Shown here in pieces: positions 17,371-24,973 of a DNA stretch of 35,972 nucleotides. The stretch is from the IMG/VR virus record IMGVR_UViG_3300042366_000722, positions 1-35,972 of that record, one strand, 5' to 3'. The notes under the pieces are model-generated. The model was given only the letters and a program-made list of their open reading frames with translations. It was not told the DNA's origin and did no database searches. Numbering within the stretch: position 1 is the first letter of the stretch; every line of letters starts with the position of its first letter. The DNA comes from a virus (Duplodnaviria > Caudoviricetes). A program made the translations under genes and the position numbers.

Positions 17371-17401
17371 CTTAAATTCAACGACACCCGATGTCGCGTG
17401 A
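17039..17401 (+). CDS. Cassette-borne hypothetical protein; last 9 codons and stop supplied by attI
   Basis: 120 aa, GGAG RBS; LRKHNRWRRG...PKELGELID N-terminus, helical remainder. Confidence 0.7.
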   Translation: MQQCERLRKHNRWRRGDKRLKMPDPKELGELIDGVADRLEVLEREHTEFFDRWHDERRKREKLAYDVERCYRMLLSEPDTKGALFKAENILREALGDQKVGAGGTAPEGHNLNSTTPDVA

Positions 17402-17424
17402 ACACCGGAACCATGTCGCATAAC
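17362..17424 (-). other. attI-like site
   Basis: Minus strand CGTTGAA-TTTAA-GTTGTGC simple site plus two direct repeats GTTATGCGACAT / GTTCACGCGACAT, between the cassette and the intI start; no attC-type hairpin. Confidence 0.7.
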
Positions 17425-17452
17425 TCTGCACGCATCCACGGAGGCCTGCACC

Positions 17453-18496
17453 ATGACTGAAGTCATTGAACGAAACGCGACAACGCCCGCCGTCAAACGC
17501 GACATGCCGACCGCTTCACCGGCACAGCAAAAGCCGGTCAAGTTGCTCGACCAGGTGCGCGAGCGAATCTGCGTGCTGCATTACGCCCGCGCCACCGAGA
17601 AAACCTACCTCTACTGGATCAAGTTTTACATCCACTTTCACAGCCTGCGTCACCCCCGCGACATGGGCGCCGCCGAGGTCGAAGCCTTCCTCTCGCACCT
17701 AGCCACGGCGCGCGACGTCGCCGCCGGCACACAGAACCAAGCCATGCACGCCATCCTGTTCCTTTACAAGCAGGTGCTCGGCATCGATCTGCCTTGGCTC
17801 GACGGCATCACCCGCGCCAAGCCATCGAAGCGACTGCCCGTCGTACTCACCCAGGGCGAGGCGCAGCGCTTGCTCGCCGCCACACGCGGCACGCCGGGGC
17901 TGGTGGTGCGCCTGCTCTACGGCAGCGGCATGCGCCTCATGGAAGGCCTGCGGCTGCGCGTCAAGGACATCGACTTCGAGCGCAACCAGATCACCATCCG
18001 CGGCGGCAAAGGCGACAAGGACCGCGTCACCATGCTGCCGGCCAGCATCGTCCCTGCCCTGCAGGCCCACCTCGCCGAACGTCGCCGCTGGCATGACAAG
18101 GATTTGGCCACCGGCATGGCTGATGTTGAACTGCCGCATGCGCTAGAGCGCAAATACCCGAATGCCGGCAAAGAGTGGGGATGGCAATACGTTTTCGCCG
18201 CCGCCGACTACAGCACCGACCCGCGCACTGGCGTGATTCGCCGCCACCACATTCACGAAAAGACCATCCAGCGCCACGTCAAGGATGCCGCCCAGCGCGC
18301 CGGCATCAGCAAGCTGGCGCATCCGCACACGCTTAGGCACTCGTTTGCCACACACCTGCTGGAGGCCGGCTATGACATCCGCACCGTGCAGGAGCTGCTC
18401 GGCCACAGCGACGTGGCGACCACCATGATCTATACCCACGTCCTCAATAAAGGCGGTCGCGGCGTTGTCAGCCCGCTGGATCGCGTCACGACATGA
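17453..18496 (+). CDS. intI: Integron integrase (IntI family tyrosine recombinase)
   Basis: R-K-H-R-H-Y residues ([37 protein letters not shown]) plus the IntI-specific insertion [24 protein letters not shown]...[13 protein letters not shown] and the SPLD tail. Confidence 0.95.
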   Translation: MTEVIERNATTPAVKRDMPTASPAQQKPVKLLDQVRERICVLHYARATEKTYLYWIKFYIHFHSLRHPRDMGAAEVEAFLSHLATARDVAAGTQNQAMHAILFLYKQVLGIDLPWLDGITRAKPSKRLPVVLTQGEAQRLLAATRGTPGLVVRLLYGSGMRLMEGLRLRVKDIDFERNQITIRGGKGDKDRVTMLPASIVPALQAHLAERRRWHDKDLATGMADVELPHALERKYPNAGKEWGWQYVFAAADYSTDPRTGVIRRHHIHEKTIQRHVKDAAQRAGISKLAHPHTLRHSFATHLLEAGYDIRTVQELLGHSDVATTMIYTHVLNKGGRGVVSPLDRVTT

Positions 18497-18648
18497 CCGA
18501 ACGCGCCCAGCACATCCACTGCGCCCGCGTATATCTGACCGAGGCCCGCCGTCGCCGGACTCAGACCTTCGGCTTCGTGTTGCTGGAATGGGCCGGGAAT
18601 GCGAGAAGGCGGGCGATGGCGGCTACCGGGCAGGGGGAGTTGTTCTGA
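18493..18648 (+). CDS. Hypothetical protein
   Basis: Not in ORF track; ATGA overlap with intI; [22 protein letters not shown]...QGELF, 51 aa. Confidence 0.6.
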   Translation: MTERAQHIHCARVYLTEARRRRTQTFGFVLLEWAGNARRRAMAATGQGELF

Positions 18649-18650
18649 TC

Positions 18651-18962
18651 GTGGCTCCCGATCTGCTCACCTACGAAGCAGCGGCAGCACTGCTCACTGT
18701 CAGCCCGGCCACCGTGCGCCGGCTGGTGCGTGCCGGGCATCTGCGCGGGCACGCTATTACCCGACGCTGCCATCGGGTTGACGCCGCCAGCGTGCGGGCG
18801 TACCTTCGCACGTCCGCCATCCCCGTCCTCGTCCTATGTCAGTCTGGAAAAACCGCGATACCTGGCGCTGGCGCGTCATGCGCGGCGGCCTTGTCGCTAC
18901 AGGAAGCGCACGAACGCGCGAAACGGCGCTTGCGGCAGAAGCGGGCGCCCGCCGCGAACTGA
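18651..18962 (+). CDS. xis: Excisionase-like HTH protein
   Basis: GTG after GGGGAG; LLTYEAAAALLTVSPATVRRLVRAGHL; overlaps the integrase start. Confidence 0.7.
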   Translation: MAPDLLTYEAAAALLTVSPATVRRLVRAGHLRGHAITRRCHRVDAASVRAYLRTSAIPVLVLCQSGKTAIPGAGASCAAALSLQEAHERAKRRLRQKRAPAAN

Positions 18963-19861
18963 TCGCCGGAATCACCGGCACCCAGCCAAAGCGCACACTT
19001 GACGAAGCTCTGGTGCGCTATCTCGACAGTCCGGAATTTCTCACCCTCAAAAGCGCCGCCAGTTTGGCCGACAAGCTCGCTACCTGGCACCCCTACATCA
19101 CCGCGCAACCGATCGAGCGCGCCGCCGATGTCGCTGATGTCGCCGTGCGCGACTGGCTCGCCAATGACCTGGCCATCGCCACCATCAATCGCCGGCTTTC
19201 CGGGCTGCGGCGCATCTTGGCGCTGGCGTATAAGCGTTGGCAGTGGATCGACCGCGATATTGCCGTGCGAATCCCGCTGCTACCGGGCGAGAACCAGCGG
19301 CAAGTATGGCTTACCCGCGCCGAGGCTGTGCGCTTGCGTCGCGCCTGCCCGCCCGGTCGCAGCCGGGCCGCTATTACCCTGCTGGTCACCACCGGCCTGC
19401 GCGTGGGCGAATTGCTCGCATTGCGCGCCGAGCAGGTCCGCGACGGCGCCATCCATCTTGACGCGCGTACCAAGACCGGCCGCCCCCGGGCGGTGCCGAT
19501 ACTTCCCCCGGGTAATCGCTACACCAGCCATGTGCCGCTGCGCATGAGTTATGACGGACTGCGCACCGCCTTTGATCGTGCAAAGCGTGCCGCCGGCTTG
19601 CCATCGATCCGCCTGCATGATCTGCGACATACCGTCGGCAGTCTGCTGGCCGAATCAGGCGCCAGCTTGCGTGATATTCAGGTCTGGCTCGGGCACACCA
19701 GCCCGGTGACCAGCACCCGCTACACCCACGTCGAGCTTGCCCGGTTGCGCAGCGTAGCAGACCAGGTGCATGCGCGCAATCTGCGCGCAAAGGACAGCGC
19801 AAACCGGGCGCAACTGGCGCGAGTGACGCCAGAGACACAACGGGAAACGCAGCCTAAGTGA
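18836..19861 (+). CDS. int: Phage integrase (tyrosine recombinase)
   Basis: TGLRVGELLAL, TKTG, HDLRHT, LGHTS..TSTRYTH; ends 11 bp before a tRNA-derived att core. Confidence 0.92.
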   Translation: MSVWKNRDTWRWRVMRGGLVATGSARTRETALAAEAGARRELIAGITGTQPKRTLDEALVRYLDSPEFLTLKSAASLADKLATWHPYITAQPIERAADVADVAVRDWLANDLAIATINRRLSGLRRILALAYKRWQWIDRDIAVRIPLLPGENQRQVWLTRAEAVRLRRACPPGRSRAAITLLVTTGLRVGELLALRAEQVRDGAIHLDARTKTGRPRAVPILPPGNRYTSHVPLRMSYDGLRTAFDRAKRAAGLPSIRLHDLRHTVGSLLAESGASLRDIQVWLGHTSPVTSTRYTHVELARLRSVADQVHARNLRAKDSANRAQLARVTPETQRETQPK

Positions 19862-19988
19862 TTGTTTTTACGTGGTGCCCGGAACCGGACTTGAACCGGT
19901 ATGGCTTGCGCCGAGGGATTTTAAGTCCCGCGAATGCGTATTTGTAATCATGTAGTTAGCTTGTTTGTGCGCGCAAAATACGCGCAAC
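19771..19988. repeat. Putative integrase arm-type sites flanking the attP core
   Basis: Tandem TGCGCGCAA-like pairs at ~19771-19790 and ~19968-19988, with AT-rich tracts next to the core. Confidence 0.5.
19873..19929 (-). other. attP core: 3' part of tRNA-Leu(UAA)
   Basis: Minus strand GGGACTTAAAATCCCTCGGCGCAAGCCATACCGGTTCAAGTCCGGTTCCGGGCACCA has anticodon arm (TAA), long variable arm, T arm and CCA; 5' half is absent. Confidence 0.9.
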
Positions 19989-20098
19989 AGGTCGCAGAGC
20001 GCGCATTCTATACCGCTGCCGCCGCGCGACCTCACTCGGGAATGGCGCGTTCGCCCGCAGCTTGAGTGTCGAAACGTAGCAGCGGAGGATGCCGGACC

Positions 20099-20533
20099 TC
20101 ATTTCATTTTGTCGAGGATGGTGTAGCAGGCTTCGAGTCCGGCGTCTCCTCGGGCAGCAAGGGCAGCGATCCGCGCAAGAAATCGGCTATGAGCGCCTGA
20201 TAGTTCAGCCCCGTTGGCACCCTCACAACCAGATCGGGGAGCTTCGGACACTCCGGCGGGGCGCTCGGGGCGGTCGCGCAGGCTGTCAAGAGCAGTATCG
20301 AGAGTGCGCTGCACGCCAGCCAGGCGCGCGGCTTGTTTTTTCGTGGCTGCATCGTAAGCCTCCTGTAGTTTTCTTTCAGTGTCGCGGGCAGCTTTGAAAG
20401 AATCGGCCCGTTCTTTTTCAATCTTCGCCGTCCAGCGCGTGTCGGCGGCATTGCTGCCGTGGGCATTCCAATAGAACCCGTTGGCGACAAAAGCCAGCAC
20501 CACGGCCAGCAGAAGCATCGGATTGGGGATCAT
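20099..20533 (-). CDS. i-spanin (Rz-like)
   Basis: ATG 20533 overlaps endolysin stop; N-terminal TM then coiled coil, C-terminal Cys. Confidence 0.75.
   Translation of the reverse strand: MIPNPMLLLAVVLAFVANGFYWNAHGSNAADTRWTAKIEKERADSFKAARDTERKLQEAYDAATKKQAARLAGVQRTLDTALDSLRDRPERPAGVSEAPRSGCEGANGAELSGAHSRFLARIAALAARGDAGLEACYTILDKMK
20104..20352 (-). CDS. o-spanin lipoprotein (Rz1-like), embedded in Rz
   Basis: Signal with lipobox LLLTA-C then Pro-rich APSAPPECPKLP, in another frame inside Rz. Confidence 0.75.
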   Translation of the reverse strand: MQPRKNKPRAWLACSALSILLLTACATAPSAPPECPKLPDLVVRVPTGLNYQALIADFLRGSLPLLPEETPDSKPATPSSTK

Positions 20534-20958
20534 GACTCGAACATCAGCCGTTCTGCCATCCGGCGCCGAGTCAGGCCGGCCAGCACCACGCCGCCGCCCT
20601 TGTTCCACCTGTCGAACTGCGGCCCGCAGTCCTTTGCGGATTGCCCATAGTTGATGAGCTTCAGCAGAGTCGATCCTTTGAAAGCTTCGCGCCCAATGTT
20701 GTAGATCAAGCTGCACAGGGCGTCGTATTGTCCCTGAGTCAGTTCCACGGCCACCAGATCATCAACGGCGTCAGCGGCTTCCTGTAGGTCTTGGCGAAGC
20801 AATTCGCAGGCTTCGGCTTCCGTTACCGTGTCGCCGGGTTGCACGTTTTCGGTTGTCCCATAGCCAATCGTCCAGACTTTGGCGGGGCACTGGTAGGCGT
20901 GTTCCTTGAATCCCTCGAATGACTTGACCAGATCAATGCAGGCGCTGGATGGCTTCAT
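20530..20958 (-). CDS. Endolysin, GH24 lysozyme
   Basis: FEG...AYQCPAKVWTIGYGTT, YNIG, GLTRRRMAE. Confidence 0.93.
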   Translation of the reverse strand: MKPSSACIDLVKSFEGFKEHAYQCPAKVWTIGYGTTENVQPGDTVTEAEACELLRQDLQEAADAVDDLVAVELTQGQYDALCSLIYNIGREAFKGSTLLKLINYGQSAKDCGPQFDRWNKGGGVVLAGLTRRRMAERLMFES

Positions 20959-21269
20959 TTGACCGCCCCGAATTTATCCTCGGCCCACTTCTCGATCCGG
21001 AAGATTGCCCGGCTGCCCATATGGCCGCTGATGCCGATCAGTACGGCAGAGAGCAGCTTGTTGAGGTCGGCGGCCTCGCACAGCCAGAAGGTGAGCAGGC
21101 CGGCAAAGCCGCTGGTAATCAACTCGCCGACCAGTTCCGTGATGTTGAAGGCTCTGGCGCTGCCTTCTTTCACCTTTCGGGCAAAGTTCACCGCCCCGCC
21201 GAGCGCGGCAAGGCCGAGCACCCATAGATAGGTGATCAGCGAGTAGTTGCTAGGGTCTTTCTCGGGCAT
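20955..21269 (-). CDS. Holin (LydA-like)
   Basis: MPEKDP start, three hydrophobic segments, SGHMGSRAI; immediately upstream of endolysin. Confidence 0.8.
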   Translation of the reverse strand: MPEKDPSNYSLITYLWVLGLAALGGAVNFARKVKEGSARAFNITELVGELITSGFAGLLTFWLCEAADLNKLLSAVLIGISGHMGSRAIFRIEKWAEDKFGAVK

Positions 21270-21306
21270 GATGCGTTCCTTCCCGCCCTCTATGGGGCAG
21301 ATGCGT

Positions 21307-21624
21307 TTAACGACAATGACCACCACTTTGAAAAACGTCCAGCAGATTCTTGCAAACCCATACTGCAACACTCATTCGCCAATCCGACTCGCTGTACTTG
21401 TAGCGATTGAGTCTCTGCGTGAACATGTACTCCTGCGGCAAGTCCATGAAGATAAATGTCGCAACGAAGACGTTGAACACCACATCCAGCAACACCGCGA
21501 CAATCGCCACCGGAGCCAACAGGATGCGCGGCAGGATCGTCAGCGTCGGCCATGCCGCCTTCGCCGCCATCGTCACGACGAACAGAAGATAGAAGGCGTA
21601 GATGTAGAGGACGAGGTAGATCAC
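21307..21624 (-). CDS. Membrane protein
   Basis: 105 aa hydrophobic; LDVVFN...T.RL.RY...WVC..LLD.F...GHC pattern. Confidence 0.65.
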   Translation of the reverse strand: MIYLVLYIYAFYLLFVVTMAAKAAWPTLTILPRILLAPVAIVAVLLDVVFNVFVATFIFMDLPQEYMFTQRLNRYKYSESDWRMSVAVWVCKNLLDVFQSGGHCR

Positions 21625-21806
21625 AGCAGCGCCGCTACGTCTGGATTGGCGGCGAGGAACGCTCGCAGTTTTTCAACAGGATCAACCGGCGCTTGAACTA
21701 CCGGCGCAGGACGCGATGCAAGCTCTGCGATTTCCGCGTCAGTGAGCGGAACAACGATCTGCTCGCCGGTCTTCACATTCACTTCGATTCTGTTCATGAT
21801 GGTCAC
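21621..21806 (-). CDS. Small tail-fibre-associated protein
   Basis: 61 aa following fibre; NVKTGEQIVVPLTDAEIA, DPVEKLRAFLAANPDV. Confidence 0.6.
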   Translation of the reverse strand: MTIMNRIEVNVKTGEQIVVPLTDAEIAELASRPAPVVQAPVDPVEKLRAFLAANPDVAALL

Positions 21807-23275
21807 TCGTAGGCAATGTTGATTGTTCCGGCGTCAAATGTATCTGTGCCGCCGACTGTCGTTATACGCACTCGATCGAGAGTTGCTGAAAGGGGTTTTG
21901 AACCGCCTTGCGACCATATGTTTGCTGAATCGCTGCGACCTACGTTGCCGTTTGCTGTCCATATATTTGCTGACGAACTGAGCAAGCTGAGTGTCAGGCT
22001 CCCATGCCGCACCACTGTCCCCGATCCACCATCCTCTAGCAAAAACCCTGCAGAGTTATTCGCCGCAGACACTGATCCAGAACGACTGCTTGCGCCCAAA
22101 TAACCTGTAGCCTCAATACCGCCAGAATCGCCAATTTGAACCTGTACCGGGGAAGTTCCGTTTGTGCTGACCCCATCAAACATCACCGTGATTCGCTTCG
22201 TACCCGCAGGAATTGAAGTGAAATCAATCGACGTGCCGGAGGTTGATGCAACGGGAGTGCCGAGCGTGATGCCGGCGCTTGCCTGCGCGTCGACATACGC
22301 CTTTACGGATTGCTGGCTCGGCACCAACACCGCAGAATCAGATGCCATGCTGTCTTCATCGATGAACGCTACAGGAAGGCCCGTCTCTTTCACCGCAGTA
22401 ACCCGATACGTCGACGCCGTCTTGGCCTCGATAATCCAGCAGTCGCCAGCCGCAGCGGTCAGGTTCGCATTCCCGGCAATGTCGAACGTCGCGCCGTGCG
22501 TCAGAACCGTTGCGACGATTGGGTAGAACTTCCGAACTGCCCCGGCCTGCGGTGCATTCGTGCAAGCAGTGATTGTGACCGCTGATCCAGTCCCGTCAAG
22601 AATATCCGGGCTGGCAACAGCGAAGAAGTCCATCGTGGTCGCGTGCTGCGTGATGTTTCCACGGGCAGAGTTGATACCGCCTGTTAGGTTGCCGCCTGCG
22701 GTGCCGAGTGCGCCTAGCGTTGCGCGCGCTGCCGCAGCGTCGGCATCGTCGAGCAGGGTCAAAATGAAGGCAGAGACGGTCGCCAGATCAACATCCGCCG
22801 CAGCCAATAACGCCGGATCGCCCGCCGCATCAAATCCGATGATCTTCGACGCTCTTTCGGCTACCGTGTTCCCGGTCGGTAACACCTGGTCGGTTGTTAC
22901 GCCTGTCGGCAGCTTCACAGCGCGGCGAATCAACTGCCGAACTTGCTGCACCAGCATGGTGACGCGGTCGACGTCTTCGTCCAACGTTGCCGCGAGCAGG
23001 TCGCCGTTTTCCTGATAGTCGGTAGCGCGGGCGTAGTCCATGTCCCTCGACACAACGACTATCGCATCAAGAGCGGGCGCGGTGAGGAAGGTCACATTCC
23101 CGCCGCCTGAATTCCCTACTCCGCTGACGGTGTAATGCGTGGTCAGCGTCTTGGCTACGCCGTCGACCTCAACCAGTAAATCAGCCTCGGCAAGTATCTT
23201 GTAGGAGTAAGCAAAAACGGTTGTGACGCCGTTCCCGGTGAAACTGTTGGACGTGGTTTGATCGAGAACAGGCAT
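21803..23275 (-). CDS. Tail fibre/spike protein (T7 gp17-like N-terminal anchor)
   Basis: FTGNGVTTVFAYSYKI...DRVTMLVQQ anchor, LLDDADAAAARATLG, SQQSVKAYVD linker, Ser/Gly-rich lower-GC C-terminal domain. Confidence 0.85.
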   Translation of the reverse strand: MPVLDQTTSNSFTGNGVTTVFAYSYKILAEADLLVEVDGVAKTLTTHYTVSGVGNSGGGNVTFLTAPALDAIVVVSRDMDYARATDYQENGDLLAATLDEDVDRVTMLVQQVRQLIRRAVKLPTGVTTDQVLPTGNTVAERASKIIGFDAAGDPALLAAADVDLATVSAFILTLLDDADAAAARATLGALGTAGGNLTGGINSARGNITQHATTMDFFAVASPDILDGTGSAVTITACTNAPQAGAVRKFYPIVATVLTHGATFDIAGNANLTAAAGDCWIIEAKTASTYRVTAVKETGLPVAFIDEDSMASDSAVLVPSQQSVKAYVDAQASAGITLGTPVASTSGTSIDFTSIPAGTKRITVMFDGVSTNGTSPVQVQIGDSGGIEATGYLGASSRSGSVSAANNSAGFLLEDGGSGTVVRHGSLTLSLLSSSANIWTANGNVGRSDSANIWSQGGSKPLSATLDRVRITTVGGTDTFDAGTINIAYE

Positions 23276-23304
23276 GATGGCGACTCCGCGCAGGATGTTC
23301 GCCA

Positions 23305-23351
23305 CGTTTTACATTTCAAGCCTCGCCGGGTGATTCGCTATAGCGTATTTC
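23305..23351 (-). promoter_or_regulatory. Putative late promoter/activator site, copy 2
   Basis: Minus strand GAAATACGCTATAGCGAATCA-18 nt-GTAAAACG upstream of tail fibre; 20/21 and 8/8 match to copy 1. Confidence 0.6.
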
Positions 23352-24973
23352 TACGTTTCCAGCGCGACTTCATGCACCCCGCTGCTCGGGCGCCAGTCTG
23401 CCGGCCCCCGGCTCGGGTCGCCCTTCGGCGTGCCGCGGATGCGTTCCGGTGTGTCGGTCACGGCTGCCGCTGAAACGTCGATATAGTCGTCGCCCTGGTT
23501 CTTTGTCTCTGGGTTGAAGTCCTTCATCTGGTCCCAGAACGGGCCATCGAGAACGGACGTATGCGCCCACAGCATCCGCGCCGATATGACCGGCTCGAAG
23601 GCTTCGAGGATGCGCTTGTTCTTGTTGGCGATGGATGGTTCAGCTACCACCCCGCATTGCAGTTTCCGTTGCTTCAGGCAGGCTTTCAGCACCGCTGGCG
23701 CGAACTGCCCTATCCCGTTGGTTTCCACCACCAGCCGGGGAACGTGGAAGGATTCGATCAAGTCGCACAACTGCCACACCTGCCCCCCGGTGATGGTCTT
23801 GCCGTCCTCGGCAAACTCGGCAATCTCGCCGGTCAGGGCGATATTCCGGTGCAGGTAACGCCGTCCGTGTTCGTCTTGCAACAGAACAGCAGCAGCAGAC
23901 ACGTCGCTGTCGATCTTGCCGCTTGACGGGTCCCAGCGTGCCGACATTCCAGCGATGCGAACATGGCCGAGCCACATGGCCACCGTATCGTTGACGTGCC
24001 GTAGTTCAGGTTCCACGGCATAGGGCACGATCTTTGCCGGATCGAGCCGTGTTTCGCTGATCGGCTTGCTGTGCAGTTGGTACTGGCTGTCCCACTCGTT
24101 GATGGTCCGGCACTTCTTTCGGCGCTTGACGATCTCCTTGCGGTCGAAGCGTTCCGGCCAGGCGCAGCCCGCATACAGGTCGAGCGTCACACCGGGAGCA
24201 ACTGCGAACACCAGAACATTGCCTTCAATCTGGTAATCGACGCCAGTCTTCAGGACGGTCGTGAACTCCCCGATGCCAGCGAAAACGAAGTCCGGAATGA
24301 AATCACACTGAACTCGTTCCGTGGCATTCTCGACGCGGCGCTCCTGCGCGAATAACGGGATTCTCAGCACGTCAGCCCCCTTCCGGCCTTCCTCGTCATA
24401 GATTGAATCATGAGTATGTGGCGTGCCGACGTAGAGAATCCGGCCACCGGGAACCAAGATATGCGTTTGCTCCGACAGCCTGAACCGGAGTTTCTCGCGC
24501 GCCTCTGGCGTGGCGATATTTCTCGGGACTTCAACGTCATCGTTTTGCACCTCATCGGCCCGCGAACTGGTGATGTTCGACAGGATGCCGGCGGCCTGCA
24601 TGGATGGATTCCGCGCATCGTTCGCGCCGGAAACCCACCAGAAGGATATTTCGCCGACTGTTTCGCCCATGTCCCGCGTCAGGGGATGGCGCATCAGGAC
24701 GTTCTTGGTGTCTCGCGCGGTCTTGTAGGCGGTGCCGTCCTGGTCGCCCTGGTGCAGAATCCGGTACGTGGGGTCACGGTAGTAGCGCCATGCGTTGTAT
24801 ATGGCCAGATGCGTCGACTTCGCCGCCCCCCGGAACACTTGCAGGACGCCAATATCGCCCCGGTGTTCTAGCCAGTCCGCAATGCGGTAGTGAAACAGTG
24901 GAACTTCCCACCCTTGAGCCTCGGCCCAAATGTGGAAAAACTCCGCGTAGCTGGCCTTGTCCATGCCAGTCAC
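23351..24973 (-). CDS. terL: Terminase large subunit
   Basis: FRGAAKST Walker A variant, SRAD...DDVEVP Walker B, GTPH, WDPSSG nuclease motif, ETNG.G, DDYID. Confidence 0.9.
   Translation of the reverse strand: MTGMDKASYAEFFHIWAEAQGWEVPLFHYRIADWLEHRGDIGVLQVFRGAAKSTHLAIYNAWRYYRDPTYRILHQGDQDGTAYKTARDTKNVLMRHPLTRDMGETVGEISFWWVSGANDARNPSMQAAGILSNITSSRADEVQNDDVEVPRNIATPEAREKLRFRLSEQTHILVPGGRILYVGTPHTHDSIYDEEGRKGADVLRIPLFAQERRVENATERVQCDFIPDFVFAGIGEFTTVLKTGVDYQIEGNVLVFAVAPGVTLDLYAGCAWPERFDRKEIVKRRKKCRTINEWDSQYQLHSKPISETRLDPAKIVPYAVEPELRHVNDTVAMWLGHVRIAGMSARWDPSSGKIDSDVSAAAVLLQDEHGRRYLHRNIALTGEIAEFAEDGKTITGGQVWQLCDLIESFHVPRLVVETNGIGQFAPAVLKACLKQRKLQCGVVAEPSIANKNKRILEAFEPVISARMLWAHTSVLDGPFWDQMKDFNPETKNQGDDYIDVSAAAVTDTPERIRGTPKGDPSRGPADWRPSSGVHEVALET

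Noticed and set aside
19873-19929. Functional tRNA-Leu gene
   Set aside because: The 5' acceptor strand and D arm are missing; it is best explained as the attP core next to int
20013-20085. Orphan attC site
   Set aside because: The hairpin lacks RYYYAAC/GTTRRRY ends
21803-23275. BPP-1-type diversity-generating retroelement acting on the tail fibre
   Set aside because: No reverse transcriptase ORF and no template/variable repeat pair seen
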